Virus genome (UHGV): UHGV-0343389
Reading direction: 5' to 3' (one strand)
Origin: a virus
DNA: 26,271 bases
Made by a program: the position numbers and the translations under genes. The notes under the pieces were generated by a model. That model was not told the origin of the DNA, did not search any database, and worked only from the letters and a program-made list of their open reading frames with translations. Of this stretch, positions 10,599-19,070 are shown piece by piece (position 1 is the stretch's first letter; the number at the start of each line of letters is the position of its first letter).

Positions 10599-10927
10599 TA
10601 CTCACCCCCATTGCCGTACAGAGTTTCAGCCGCTGATTTTTCTACATCACCGGAAACAGGAGCGATTGCCATATCAGTGATCTGCAGATCGGCGCTGCGA
10701 TTAACACCATCGTCAGTTTCTCTGGCAGACAGGCCTCGAATAACAGCCTTTGCAGTTATCATCACTTCTGTTCCGACGCCCTGAGGTTGCGCCTTCAGCT
10801 TATTCAATGTGTCGTTATTAAGAGTGATGCACAGCCCCCACGGGTATTCATCGCGAGTTCTGGTTTCTCCGCTCTCATCCTGGTAGCTGTCAGTGCCGGT
10901 TTTGAGGTTTACGAGTTCCATATACAC
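10598..10927 (-). CDS. Hypothetical protein (probable true start ATG at 10921)
   Basis: ORF track start is GTG. An in-frame ATG at 10921 has GGAG about 8 nt upstream, and a GC hairpin sits just upstream. Confidence 0.4.
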   Translation of the reverse strand: MYMELVNLKTGTDSYQDESGETRTRDEYPWGLCITLNNDTLNKLKAQPQGVGTEVMITAKAVIRGLSARETDDGVNRSADLQITDMAIAPVSGDVEKSAAETLYGNGGE

Positions 10928-10971
10928 TCCTGCAATAAAGGGGCCGAAGCCCCTTGTCTGATCCGCGAGGC

Positions 10972-11316
10972 TTACACGCCCAGTTCTTTACGCTTATCTG
11001 CGATCTTCTCGCGGAGCGTTTCGGCTTTGGCGTTATGGTGTGGCTTCTCGTTAAAGAGCAATTCGTACTCTTCACGGAGCTTATCCAGTTCACCATCATC
11101 TGACACATCGTTGATGATTTTGGTGCTGGTTGCTGCCATTGACACTTTTCCTGCAACTTTTGCTTTTGCCTGTCTGGCTGCATCGTTAACAGGTTCCAGT
11201 GCGCTACCAGGCTCACCTTCGTATTCGATTTCTGCCCCCTCCGGCCACAGAGTGTTATGGATATGAGAGAGGCGCAGAACGCGGTATCTTGGTTTCTCAC
11301 CTGACATCGATATCAC
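10972..11316 (-). CDS. Hypothetical protein (probable true start ATG at 11307, SD AAGGTGA)
   Basis: ORF in the virion operon. Charged and Lys-rich. No recognised motifs. Confidence 0.4.
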   Translation of the reverse strand: MISMSGEKPRYRVLRLSHIHNTLWPEGAEIEYEGEPGSALEPVNDAARQAKAKVAGKVSMAATSTKIINDVSDDGELDKLREEYELLFNEKPHHNAKAETLREKIADKRKELGV

Positions 11317-11317
11317 C

Positions 11318-11755
11318 TTAACCAGTTACTTTTGAGCGGATCGGATACGGCGTATTGGCATCAACATCAAGACTGATACCAGCAGTGAATTCGCCAGCCG
11401 TTAGTGGGCCAGTTGCGACGGAGTAGTTAACACGCAGATATCGCTGAACACCGGCAGGCACCTTTGCAGAAACAACTCGTTTACCTGCTGTCAGGGTGGT
11501 CTTTGCCAGTGCACCACTATCATAAATAGTGGTCCATGATCTGTTATCCTCACTCGTCTGCAACTGGATGTTTACAGTTGCATCACCGCTTGCTGCGGCG
11601 GCTGTGTTAACCAGCGCCCAAAACTCAAGCGGGTAACCCACGCCGATATCACGACGTTTTCCGTCAATTGGACCGAGATCGATTACGTCAGTAGAAGCAG
11701 CGGTATCAGTTACCGCCTGTGCTTCGGAGAACATCAACAGTTTGTCGGTGATCAT
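11318..11755 (-). CDS. Hypothetical virion protein (possible head decoration or fibre protein)
   Basis: 145-aa ORF immediately downstream of the major capsid gene. Thr/Ala/Gly-rich, beta-rich composition. Confidence 0.4.
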   Translation of the reverse strand: MITDKLLMFSEAQAVTDTAASTDVIDLGPIDGKRRDIGVGYPLEFWALVNTAAAASGDATVNIQLQTSEDNRSWTTIYDSGALAKTTLTAGKRVVSAKVPAGVQRYLRVNYSVATGPLTAGEFTAGISLDVDANTPYPIRSKVTG

Positions 11756-11806
11756 CTTCTTTCTCCATTAGTGGGTCTGTTACGACCCACAGGTTAATAA
11801 CAGGCG

Positions 11807-12799
11807 TTACACCACGCGGGCTTCTGTTTCCAGAAGCGCATCAGTTTCACGGATTGGTACACCACGGAATGAAGTCCACCACTCGCCTTCAGTCTCCTTT
11901 ACGCTGATAGCCAGAGATGTTTTCTCCAGAGACTGCAGATCAAGAGCCTGGCCTACAGTGCGGTTCATGTAGAACACCGGGCGGCCCATGCCACGGTTTG
12001 GAATGCGATGCAGTGCTTTAACCATCAACTTCGCAATATTTGCGGCATAGGAAGGTTCTGAAAGATTGCTGACATCGATGTTTGCAATGCGAACAACATA
12101 ACGCCAGTCACGCAGAGCAAGTCCGTTATCCCATTTGTAATGGGTGCGATAGCCTTCGTACTTGCCGCCATTAGCATCTTCCAGTGTCACCTGGCCTTTA
12201 TCTTCCATCTGGATGCCAGCCTTCTGCCCTTTCGGGAAGATGCCATGCACGGTGTTTTCGCCCCACACCACTAACCAGATTGAGGTGTTATCTGTACCCG
12301 TGCCACCAGCATCAATGATGTTCTGAGCATTACCCGCAGACAGGCTGGAATAGCGGGAGGACAGTCCCATAAACTGCTGAGGGTTAACGCTGGAATCACC
12401 ATAAAACAGCGTCTGCGCCATCTGCTGATTCATCGCTTCAATAAATGCGCGGTCTTCAGACAGGCGGAATTCGGCGGTATTACCGTTCAGATCAGCCAGT
12501 GACTTATCGACTTCAGCATAGGTTTCCAGCATGCCAACGGAGTCGGTGACCTGCACTGTGGTTGATTTGCTTGGCTGTACGCCATAGTTCAGCAAACGCC
12601 AGGTAGCTGAAGGTAAACCAGAACGAATGGTGGTTCGGTGTCCGGTAGGAAGGTTCCCTTCGACAAAAGGCATATCCTGAAGGATCGGGTTAGTTTGACC
12701 GAGAAGCTCGATAATCTTATCGACTTTCCCGTTTGGATCGACGCGCTTACCCCAGTCAGCCAGCGTTAGCGCAGTTAAGCCTTTAACAGCCATTGTCAT
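11807..12799 (-). CDS. Major capsid protein
   Basis: 330-aa ORF directly after the acidic scaffold-like gene and before a stem-loop, the typical position of a major head gene. Not visibly similar to T7 gp10 from memory. Confidence 0.6.
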   Translation of the reverse strand: MTMAVKGLTALTLADWGKRVDPNGKVDKIIELLGQTNPILQDMPFVEGNLPTGHRTTIRSGLPSATWRLLNYGVQPSKSTTVQVTDSVGMLETYAEVDKSLADLNGNTAEFRLSEDRAFIEAMNQQMAQTLFYGDSSVNPQQFMGLSSRYSSLSAGNAQNIIDAGGTGTDNTSIWLVVWGENTVHGIFPKGQKAGIQMEDKGQVTLEDANGGKYEGYRTHYKWDNGLALRDWRYVVRIANIDVSNLSEPSYAANIAKLMVKALHRIPNRGMGRPVFYMNRTVGQALDLQSLEKTSLAISVKETEGEWWTSFRGVPIRETDALLETEARVV

Positions 12800-12807
12800 T
12801 TCCTCTC

Positions 12808-13521
12808 TTATTTGCCATAGAGCACTTCGGCCGCACTACGCTGGCCTTCATTACCACCGGTGACCATGCCATCTTCAGACATCGCCTTTCCGATTTTCAC
12901 GAACGTTTTGACCAGATCAGGGTGATTACCCAGCCCGGTGGTGTTCAGATATTCTTTGAGTTCAGGTGTCCCGAACTGGTCAAGCGCACGCTGTGCGGCG
13001 CTAAGGTTAGAAATCAACTTGTCGCCACCGATTTCTTTGTCAGCTTTTACATCCGCAGCCCACTGCTCGGTTGTTTTCTGCCAGGCTTCTGCCTGGCGCT
13101 GCTGAACACCTGCCAGAATCTTCGGATAAGCATCAACCAGCTTTTGCGCTTGCTCGTTGGTCAGGTTAAGTTCTCGCGCCACCGGCTCGAATTCCTTCAA
13201 CGCTTCTGTATCCAGCTCTACGCCTTCGGCAGCCTGAAACTCGTACTTCTCAGGCGCACCCTCTGGCTTCTTATCCTTTTCTGCTTCTTCGGTATTGGCT
13301 TTTTCAGCAGCAAGCTCTCCCTCAGTTTTCTGAGCTTCAGAACCTTTCTCAGAGTCAGTCCCCTGGGAGTTATCCTGCGACTGGGTTTGCTCCTGCATTT
13401 CACCCGAGCCCTGAGTGGTTTCAGTTGCTCCCGTTGAAGCTGTATCTGCCTGGCCACCTTCAGTGGATTGCTCATTGCAAAGACGGCGATACAGCAAACG
13501 CTCAAATAAATTCATGATCAC
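12808..13521 (-). CDS. Scaffolding protein
   Basis: 237 aa, strongly acidic, with low-complexity E/Q/T-rich N-terminal half. Lies between the portal and capsid genes with a 4-nt overlap to the upstream gene. Confidence 0.55.
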   Translation of the reverse strand: MIMNLFERLLYRRLCNEQSTEGGQADTASTGATETTQGSGEMQEQTQSQDNSQGTDSEKGSEAQKTEGELAAEKANTEEAEKDKKPEGAPEKYEFQAAEGVELDTEALKEFEPVARELNLTNEQAQKLVDAYPKILAGVQQRQAEAWQKTTEQWAADVKADKEIGGDKLISNLSAAQRALDQFGTPELKEYLNTTGLGNHPDLVKTFVKIGKAMSEDGMVTGGNEGQRSAAEVLYGK

Positions 13522-13814
13522 TCCTGTTCACTGGCCTCTTTGGCCATCTTCAAATACTGTTCAGGGCAATGCGCCATAACGCGCTGAAACAGCTCCAGCG
13601 CCAGATTGCGTTGCCCCTCATAAAATGCCATTGCCATAGCGTCCATCGGAGAGATAGCGGAAAACACCCGGCCTTTCTCCAGCACAGACCAGACAACGCG
13701 ACGCCCCTGTTCACTGCTCATGACAAAGCGAATGTCATCAATTTCACGCTGCGCCATGTCACGTTGCTTACGGGCGTTTTCTTCTTTCAGTTGATCGTCT
13801 TCGTAATCTGTCAT
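13518..13814 (-). CDS. Hypothetical small head-module protein
   Basis: 98-aa ORF translationally coupled to both the portal stop and the scaffold start. Confidence 0.45.
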   Translation of the reverse strand: MTDYEDDQLKEENARKQRDMAQREIDDIRFVMSSEQGRRVVWSVLEKGRVFSAISPMDAMAMAFYEGQRNLALELFQRVMAHCPEQYLKMAKEASEQE

Positions 13815-15490
13815 TGTGATTGCCCACCCTGACCACTAACTGCATTCGCCATAGCTGACAAAACACTCGGATCCGAAGTTTTAGCTTCGCTTAGCGTCTT
13901 GGCACCCTGTGCCGCCGCCATCCCCATCTCCATCATTTGTTGCTGCTGTTGTTGCTGTGCCCGTTGCTGGCGAGCCTGCTCAACCTGTTCCTGCGGAACA
14001 ATGACGGTTGGAGACACTCCGGACATATCAGCGAATGCATCGATCGCCTGATCAACGTTGAGTTTGTCGAGAGCTTCTGGTTTCGCTTGCGCAAGTTGAC
14101 CAATGAAGTTGACCGTAGACGCCAGACTGGACAGGCCGATAGACTTCTGCGCCTGAGCCATGACGGAAATGTATTCGACCTTCAGGGGCATACCTTCCAT
14201 CGCGTCAGGCGGTGGCGGCAGCATGTTTTTACGCACCATCATCGAGAAAGCGCGGTCAATGAGAGGATTAAGACATTCGTCGTTCAGACGCTCCAGAACC
14301 GGCCCCAACATCAGAAGTTTTTCTTCTTTCATTTCGATCACCGCTTCAACAGGCATCGAGCGGGTATTGATGTTCTGCAACATCATGAACAGATCGACAA
14401 AGTAGGCGCTGTTAATGATTTGACGAGTGTCCTGAATGTCTGCCACCAAATCTGCTGTACTGGGGTTAACCAGATAAGCAGGCCTGAAACCATCATGACC
14501 AGTAATCTGATCGATATACGTGATGTCGCCAGGAAGAAGGGAGGCGCGCTGATTCTTGAGGGAAGTCGGAGCAACCATCGGCGGATTGGTGGCTTTATCA
14601 ATCAACTGCGACTTGCGCTTCTGGAGAAGCTGCAATGCCTTAACAGGTCCAAGCGCCAGCATACCCGGGCATGATGATCCATAAACATCTTCGCCGTTAA
14701 CTTCCCAGCGCGGAGCCATAATTGGAAACTCATCGAATCCGGACTCACGCAACAACTTGTCGTTATCGCCACCAACCTCGTAATAAACCGATTTGAATGG
14801 CTTGTTCTTGCTATCCAGCTTCGATGTATCGCGGTCAATGTTCGGGTAAACCGAATGCATCACTTCAATCCACTTCTCGTAGGTGCCGCTTTCCCACATG
14901 CTTTTTACGGATTCGCTGACGTTATTTAGCCCGAACTCCTGAACAAGCTGACGAACAGTCATAGAGAACTTGCGAAAACAGGTGTCCACACTGCCACGAG
15001 GTGAGTTAGCCAGGTAGTAACTTCCTATCGGGAATGGCATTGTGCGAATGATGTCCTCGTCATCCTCCAGCACTGCCATTGCACCAGTGCTGTATGTGCC
15101 GAGGCTTCCGTATAACTGCGGCAGCGACTGATAGAGATTCGACTTATTGAACATATCGTTCATGCGGTTCTGCACCGCCTCAAGCCACAACTTAACAGGG
15201 CCATAATCCATCATTTCAGGATCTGGCGTAGCCAGGCGAAACCACGGACGCGCGGGGCTTGTGATGCCTGACATCATGCCGCTGGCGAGAGTGCGCGCCG
15301 CCATAGTCCCGGTCGAATCAATAATGCGTGTATTGCGTCGATCGTTACGGTTGACCTCAGAAGTCAGAAAGCGGGAACCACGCGGGTTGATGTAATCACT
15401 CAACTCGCGCCAGTGCGGCTCGAACGACTGACGCTCGCTTTCAAGTTGTGCGAACTGTTTGTTCAATCGCTCTTTAGTTGTTTCCGCCAT
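13811..15490 (-). CDS. Portal (head-to-tail connector) protein, T7 gp8-like
   Basis: 559 aa. C-terminal Gln-rich tail (QQRAQQQQQQQMMEMGMAAAQG) resembles the gp8 C-terminus as recalled from memory. First large gene of the morphogenesis operon. Confidence 0.7.
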   Translation of the reverse strand: MAETTKERLNKQFAQLESERQSFEPHWRELSDYINPRGSRFLTSEVNRNDRRNTRIIDSTGTMAARTLASGMMSGITSPARPWFRLATPDPEMMDYGPVKLWLEAVQNRMNDMFNKSNLYQSLPQLYGSLGTYSTGAMAVLEDDEDIIRTMPFPIGSYYLANSPRGSVDTCFRKFSMTVRQLVQEFGLNNVSESVKSMWESGTYEKWIEVMHSVYPNIDRDTSKLDSKNKPFKSVYYEVGGDNDKLLRESGFDEFPIMAPRWEVNGEDVYGSSCPGMLALGPVKALQLLQKRKSQLIDKATNPPMVAPTSLKNQRASLLPGDITYIDQITGHDGFRPAYLVNPSTADLVADIQDTRQIINSAYFVDLFMMLQNINTRSMPVEAVIEMKEEKLLMLGPVLERLNDECLNPLIDRAFSMMVRKNMLPPPPDAMEGMPLKVEYISVMAQAQKSIGLSSLASTVNFIGQLAQAKPEALDKLNVDQAIDAFADMSGVSPTVIVPQEQVEQARQQRAQQQQQQQMMEMGMAAAQGAKTLSEAKTSDPSVLSAMANAVSGQGGQSQ

Positions 15491-15504
15491 TTCAATGACT
15501 CCGG

Positions 15505-15711
15505 TTACTGACCAAGCAGCGTTTTACCGCTGGTATTAGCGGTTGATGTGTCGCCCTGAGAACCGGTAAGCAGCGTAGAACTACGACCAGCAGCAGCGCG
15601 ACGGCGACGAGTTTCTTCGTCGCGGGCATCAACAACGGCGGCATCCTGCTCCTGTGGTGCTGCCTGAACTTCTGGTGTTGCAGGCACTGATGGTGAGCTA
15701 CCCATGCACAT
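15505..15711 (-). CDS. Small hypothetical protein preceding portal
   Basis: 68-aa ORF with GGAG upstream. Low-complexity Ala/Arg/Thr-rich. Coding status uncertain. Confidence 0.3.
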   Translation of the reverse strand: MCMGSSPSVPATPEVQAAPQEQDAAVVDARDEETRRRRAAAGRSSTLLTGSQGDTSTANTSGKTLLGQ

Positions 15712-15739
15712 ATCAATGACTCCGTACGCAATTAAATTA

Positions 15740-15754
15740 TTACCAATTTAACCA
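15740..15754. promoter_or_regulatory. Half-site of the TTACC-N5-GGTAA operator (TTACCAATTTAACCA)
   Basis: Left half perfect, right half degenerate. Centre is exactly 62 bp from the perfect site at 15802-15816. Confidence 0.35.
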
Positions 15755-15801
15755 CATATGATTTATTTATCGTAGACAGTTGACATTTAACGCACGAATT
15801 A

Positions 15802-15816
15802 TTACCTTTCAGGTAA
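15802..15816. promoter_or_regulatory. Operator-like palindrome TTACCTTTCAGGTAA upstream of the portal operon
   Basis: Perfect 5+5 inverted repeat with 5-bp spacer, in the intergenic region between the portal operon and the tRNA island. Overlaps a TTGACA-containing candidate promoter. Confidence 0.6.
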
Positions 15817-16138
15817 CCAAAGAGTTCATTCCGGTTACTAACCTGACTGGCTTGTCGTTAAATTGAACAGGTGGAGTGAGCTTTTATTTTGAGCAGTACG
15901 GCGTATGGCACATGCGCCGATAGCGGTCTGGATACGTTTAAGGGGCACCCTCCCTTGCTCGGGCAAACGAACCAGGTAGCCGGAATGTGCAAGTCGAGCG
16001 GTTTTATTCCGCGCACGGGGATTCACCATCCAGGCGATTCGGTGTGACACCTCGGAAGAGACGAGGGTACAACGATGAGAGCATTTATGGAGCCGCGACA
16101 AAGTGTGGCGCCTTAACAGGCTAAGTGCTCTCAGCGTT

Positions 16139-16215
16139 GTGGCATTAGCTCAGCTGGACAGAGCAACCGCCTTCTAAGCGGTTGGTCGCAGGTTCGAATC
16201 CTGCATGCCACGCCA
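16139..16215 (+). tRNA. tRNA-Arg (anticodon UCU), phage-encoded
   Basis: Cloverleaf folded by hand: acceptor GTGGCAT/ATGCCAC, D-stem GCTC/GAGC, anticodon stem ACCGC/GCGGT with loop CTTCTAA, T-stem GCAGG/CCTGC with loop TTCGAAT, discriminator G and encoded CCA. 77 nt. Confidence 0.9.
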
Positions 16216-16259
16216 GAATCACGCCTAAGGACCGTGATGCCAGAAGTTCCAGGGGGCTT

Positions 16260-16301
16260 GGCGGTGATGGTTTCCCTTGAAGGACTATCACCGCCCTTTT
16301 T
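16260..16301 (+). terminator. Rho-independent terminator downstream of the tRNA
   Basis: GGCGGTGAT ... ATCACCGCC stem followed by TTTTT. Confidence 0.6.
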
Positions 16302-16379
16302 ACAGCAGGACGCCATTGCGATGACTTCATGCTGTAAACCAGTACAGCCACGGAAGGCATAACTCATTGCTTCCAGTTC

Positions 16380-16404
16380 GCCCGGTTCGCCGGGCATTTT
16401 TTTT
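16380..16404 (+). terminator. Rho-independent terminator (UUCG tetraloop)
   Basis: GCCCGG-TTCG-CCGGGC followed by ATTTTTTTT. Confidence 0.7.
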
Positions 16405-16429
16405 AGGTGAGATTATCAAGACAATTGAT

Positions 16430-16837
16430 ATGTTGGCTAAGTATCTAAATGAATGGCCATTAAAATATTCTCGTATCGTTCAGGCTGAAGACTGCATTTT
16501 TTATGGCGTTTTTGCTGGTAATGAAATGCATTACGAAGTAATTCAGAGTGAGGGGCTGACCGGGTTAACTCTTAGAGAAGACCATGGTACTAGCGTTACG
16601 TTCCATGACTGGATAACAGCACAACGTTCTGAAATGGAAAAAGGCGATGTGTTTGATATTTCTCGCTCTGTTTGCGCTAAAGCAAAAAGTGATAATGATT
16701 ACATGAGCGAACACTTATACAACATGAAGCTACAGTGCCTTGCCGAGGTGCTTGGTAAAAAAGCTATTGTCGATAAACAAGGCGCCATTAGCGAAGCAAA
16801 GGCAATAAATGCTGCATTTGATGAAATTATTTTCTAG
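16430..16837 (+). CDS. AT-rich cargo (moron) gene, hypothetical 135-aa soluble protein
   Basis: ORF on the opposite strand to all flanking phage genes. Markedly lower GC than neighbours. Bracketed by intrinsic terminators. No signal peptide or TM segment apparent. The ATG at 16430 is preferred because the upstream TTG extension runs through a terminator hairpin. Confidence 0.6.
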   Translation: MLAKYLNEWPLKYSRIVQAEDCIFYGVFAGNEMHYEVIQSEGLTGLTLREDHGTSVTFHDWITAQRSEMEKGDVFDISRSVCAKAKSDNDYMSEHLYNMKLQCLAEVLGKKAIVDKQGAISEAKAINAAFDEIIF

Positions 16838-16840
16838 CTC

Positions 16841-16854
16841 TGTGACATGTCACA
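16841..16854. repeat. Perfect 14-bp palindrome TGTGACATGTCACA
   Basis: Read directly from the sequence, 4 nt after the cargo-gene stop. Its 12-bp core recurs at 19293-19304. Confidence 0.5.
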
Positions 16855-16857
16855 AAC

Positions 16858-16886
16858 AGCCAGCCGATGAGCTGGCTTTGTTTTAT
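16858..16886 (+). terminator. Rho-independent terminator after the cargo gene
   Basis: AGCCAGC-cgatga-GCTGGCT followed by TTGTTTTAT. Lies between the convergent cargo gene and terL. Confidence 0.6.
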
Positions 16887-16927
16887 CCTCATCAGAGGAT
16901 ATCAACGACATTATCCCCACCAGCGGA

Positions 16928-18403
16928 TTAATCATAGGGATCGTAATCTGTGATGGCCTTGCCTTGCTGGTTCTGCTGCCCGGGAATTCGCAGACGCTTC
17001 GACACAGGGAAAGCAAACGTCAGCAGTAGCGCATCGCCTTTACCCGGCGAGCGCCCAAGCCGCTCCTTGATATCTTCCTTCGGTTCGATAACGATTTTAC
17101 CGTCCACTCGAACTTTGTACTCTGCCGCCGACAGGTCGTCCGCTGTTTCCTGGTCATCCAGCATGCCGCCCAGCCTCAGCCATGTCTTGCATGAGTTGAA
17201 CATCTCCCCGCGCTTATTGAGCATCTGCGGGTCAGTAGACGCGCCACCGAACGGAACAAGTTGCCATGTACGACCCCAGCCGTCACCGATTGACTTCAGA
17301 CCAGTTCCGTAACCGAAGTCGATGAACACTGCGTCAGCCTGGTACTGGTCTTCAAAGTCAGCGATACGCTTCGCCATAATCAGATCGTCAGTAGTCTTGT
17401 TGCCAGTCCACAGCACCTTACTGTGCAGCCCCTGCCGCAGGTATATCACCGCGTCATCAACGCCTGAGTATGCCGGGTCAACGCCGATTATCACCGGAGC
17501 ATGTGCAACCTGCGCAGCGGTTACCACCCGTTTCATTGCCTCATCAGTAAGACCGGTAGGGATAAACTGCAATTCAGATGCATCAGGGAATATGCCGCGC
17601 ACACGGATTTTAACGAAGTCGCTGTCTTCCCCGTAGTCATCAACCCATTTCTGCAACTGCTGTTTGTTAGTGCCTTCCACCGTCCGGCTGTCAATCTGCG
17701 CACACTTCCAGCGGTGTTTGTACTTGCGGAAACATTCACGGAAACGCCCGGTGTTACGCGTCGGGTTCCCGAACGCCACCCAGATGATTTCGGTGTCTTC
17801 GTCCGTCAGCGCACCCTCTGCTACCTCCCACACAAGATCGGCAATATTCGACGCTTCATCGAATACCACGATGATGCGTTTGCGCTCGTTGTGTAGTCCG
17901 GCGAATGCCTCAGTGTTGTGCTCAGACCAGGGGATTGCGTCAGCTCGCCACCGCTTGTCGTGCCCAGGGTCATTGCTGTACATCGCGGTAGCGGTACAGG
18001 TAAACCAGTCTTTCGTGATAGCAAGGTTTGACCACTTGATAATTTCCGGCCAGGTCTTCGTTCGTAGCTGGTTGTCGGTGTTGGCGGTCACCACGACCTT
18101 ACAATCCTCGCAAGTGGACATGCCCCAGTTGATCAGCATTGAGATAAATGCGGATTTACCAATACCGTGACCAGAAGCGCGTGCCAGCATAAGCGGCTGA
18201 TAGCGCGTCTCTGGATTCTGCAGGTGATCACGTATCTCTCGGAACGCATCAGCCTGCCATTGACGTGGGCCGGTAGCATGTGCCAGTTCAGTCCCCTCTT
18301 CCCCCCACGGGAACGCATAGAGAGCATAGCCAAGCGGATCGTGAGTGAACCCTGCAATATCCTCGATCAACTGCTCTTCAGGAGATAACGCTGTATCTGT
18401 CAC
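16928..18403 (-). CDS. Terminase large subunit
   Basis: 491 aa. Walker A-like GHGIGKS near the N-terminus. Acidic nuclease-like segment (VIIGVDPAYSG) in the C-terminal half. GTG start overlaps the terS stop (GTGA). Confidence 0.85.
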   Translation of the reverse strand: MTDTALSPEEQLIEDIAGFTHDPLGYALYAFPWGEEGTELAHATGPRQWQADAFREIRDHLQNPETRYQPLMLARASGHGIGKSAFISMLINWGMSTCEDCKVVVTANTDNQLRTKTWPEIIKWSNLAITKDWFTCTATAMYSNDPGHDKRWRADAIPWSEHNTEAFAGLHNERKRIIVVFDEASNIADLVWEVAEGALTDEDTEIIWVAFGNPTRNTGRFRECFRKYKHRWKCAQIDSRTVEGTNKQQLQKWVDDYGEDSDFVKIRVRGIFPDASELQFIPTGLTDEAMKRVVTAAQVAHAPVIIGVDPAYSGVDDAVIYLRQGLHSKVLWTGNKTTDDLIMAKRIADFEDQYQADAVFIDFGYGTGLKSIGDGWGRTWQLVPFGGASTDPQMLNKRGEMFNSCKTWLRLGGMLDDQETADDLSAAEYKVRVDGKIVIEPKEDIKERLGRSPGKGDALLLTFAFPVSKRLRIPGQQNQQGKAITDYDPYD

Positions 18404-18996
18404 TGATTACCATCCTGACGTTCTTTGAGTCGCTTCCTGGCTGCTGCTATGCGATCAGCAATTGTCACATTCACATTAACATCCAGGCGTTCTTTGAATG
18501 CGTTGACGTCGACGTGCTTACCAATCAGTTCGAGGTTCTTCACCTTGTCAGGCCATTTAATTTTTTTGAGGATTGTCTCTATCGAATCCTCGTTCATGTT
18601 CATGATGGTCGATGACAGATCAAAGCCGCTAAGCGTAGTGCGCCAGATTTTCGGCCACTCGCGGATTGGCTTAAGGCTCCCATCGTCGTTGAGGATGTCG
18701 ATCACGTCCATCTGGTCGATCTCCACCAGGCGCATGAGAACGTAATCAGCACTGACGCGCATTCGTTTGTTGCGCTCTTCCATCAGCTCGGCAATCCGTT
18801 TTTGAATGCGTTCATCGCGCATCATGACACTGGCTTTAACTGCCGCTGTATTTGGGGAGAATCCTGCGTTAATCGCTGCCTGAGTCTGGTTTTCAGGCGT
18901 TTTGATGTATGACTGGCAATAAGCCTCCTGCATTGCTGTTAGTGGCTTAAATTGCGTTGATTTGCGTTTATAGGTTTTAGGTTCAGCAGGCATCAT
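18400..18996 (-). CDS. Terminase small subunit
   Basis: Immediately upstream of terL and translationally coupled. Start trimmed to ATGATG at 18996 (SD GGTGG). The longer track ORF to 19074 reads through operator repeats and a terminator. Confidence 0.65.
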   Translation of the reverse strand: MMPAEPKTYKRKSTQFKPLTAMQEAYCQSYIKTPENQTQAAINAGFSPNTAAVKASVMMRDERIQKRIAELMEERNKRMRVSADYVLMRLVEIDQMDVIDILNDDGSLKPIREWPKIWRTTLSGFDLSSTIMNMNEDSIETILKKIKWPDKVKNLELIGKHVDVNAFKERLDVNVNVTIADRIAAARKRLKERQDGNQ

Positions 18997-19010
18997 AACC
19001 ACCGTGGTAA
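18996..19010. promoter_or_regulatory. Operator-like site TAACCACCGTGGTAA (one mismatch), overlapping the terS start
   Basis: Inverted repeat 18 bp (centre to centre) from the perfect site at 19014-19028. Confidence 0.45.
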
Positions 19011-19013
19011 TAG

Positions 19014-19028
19014 TTACCGTTGTGGTAA
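19014..19028. promoter_or_regulatory. Operator-like palindrome TTACCGTTGTGGTAA upstream of terS
   Basis: Perfect match to TTACC-N5-GGTAA, between an intrinsic terminator and the terS start codon. Confidence 0.6.
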
Positions 19029-19039
19029 TAGTACCATGC

Positions 19040-19065
19040 AAAATAAAGCCGCCATAGTTGGCGGC
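19040..19065 (-). terminator. Rho-independent terminator immediately upstream of the terminase operon
   Basis: On the minus strand: GCCGCC-AACTAT-GGCGGC followed by TTTATTTTG. Confidence 0.6.
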
Positions 19066-19070
19066 AGTAT

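Noticed and set aside
15838-16101. 87-aa minus-strand ORF in the tRNA leader region
   Set aside because: Arg/Cys/His-rich translation with no SD. More consistent with non-coding DNA.
16139-16215. The tRNA as a prophage attachment site or genome boundary
   Set aside because: Phage genes (terminase on one side, portal on the other) flank it on both sides and the tRNA differs from host argU-type sequence as I recall it. It is internal phage cargo, not an att junction.
16131-16397. Minus-strand ORFs of 88 and 71 aa overlapping the tRNA and its terminator
   Set aside because: They run antisense through a well-folded tRNA-Arg and terminator hairpins, so they are ORF-finder artefacts.
16367-16429. 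TTG-initiated 5' extension of the cargo gene
   Set aside because: It would read through the GCCCGG-TTCG-CCGGGC terminator hairpin. The ATG at 16430 is preferred.
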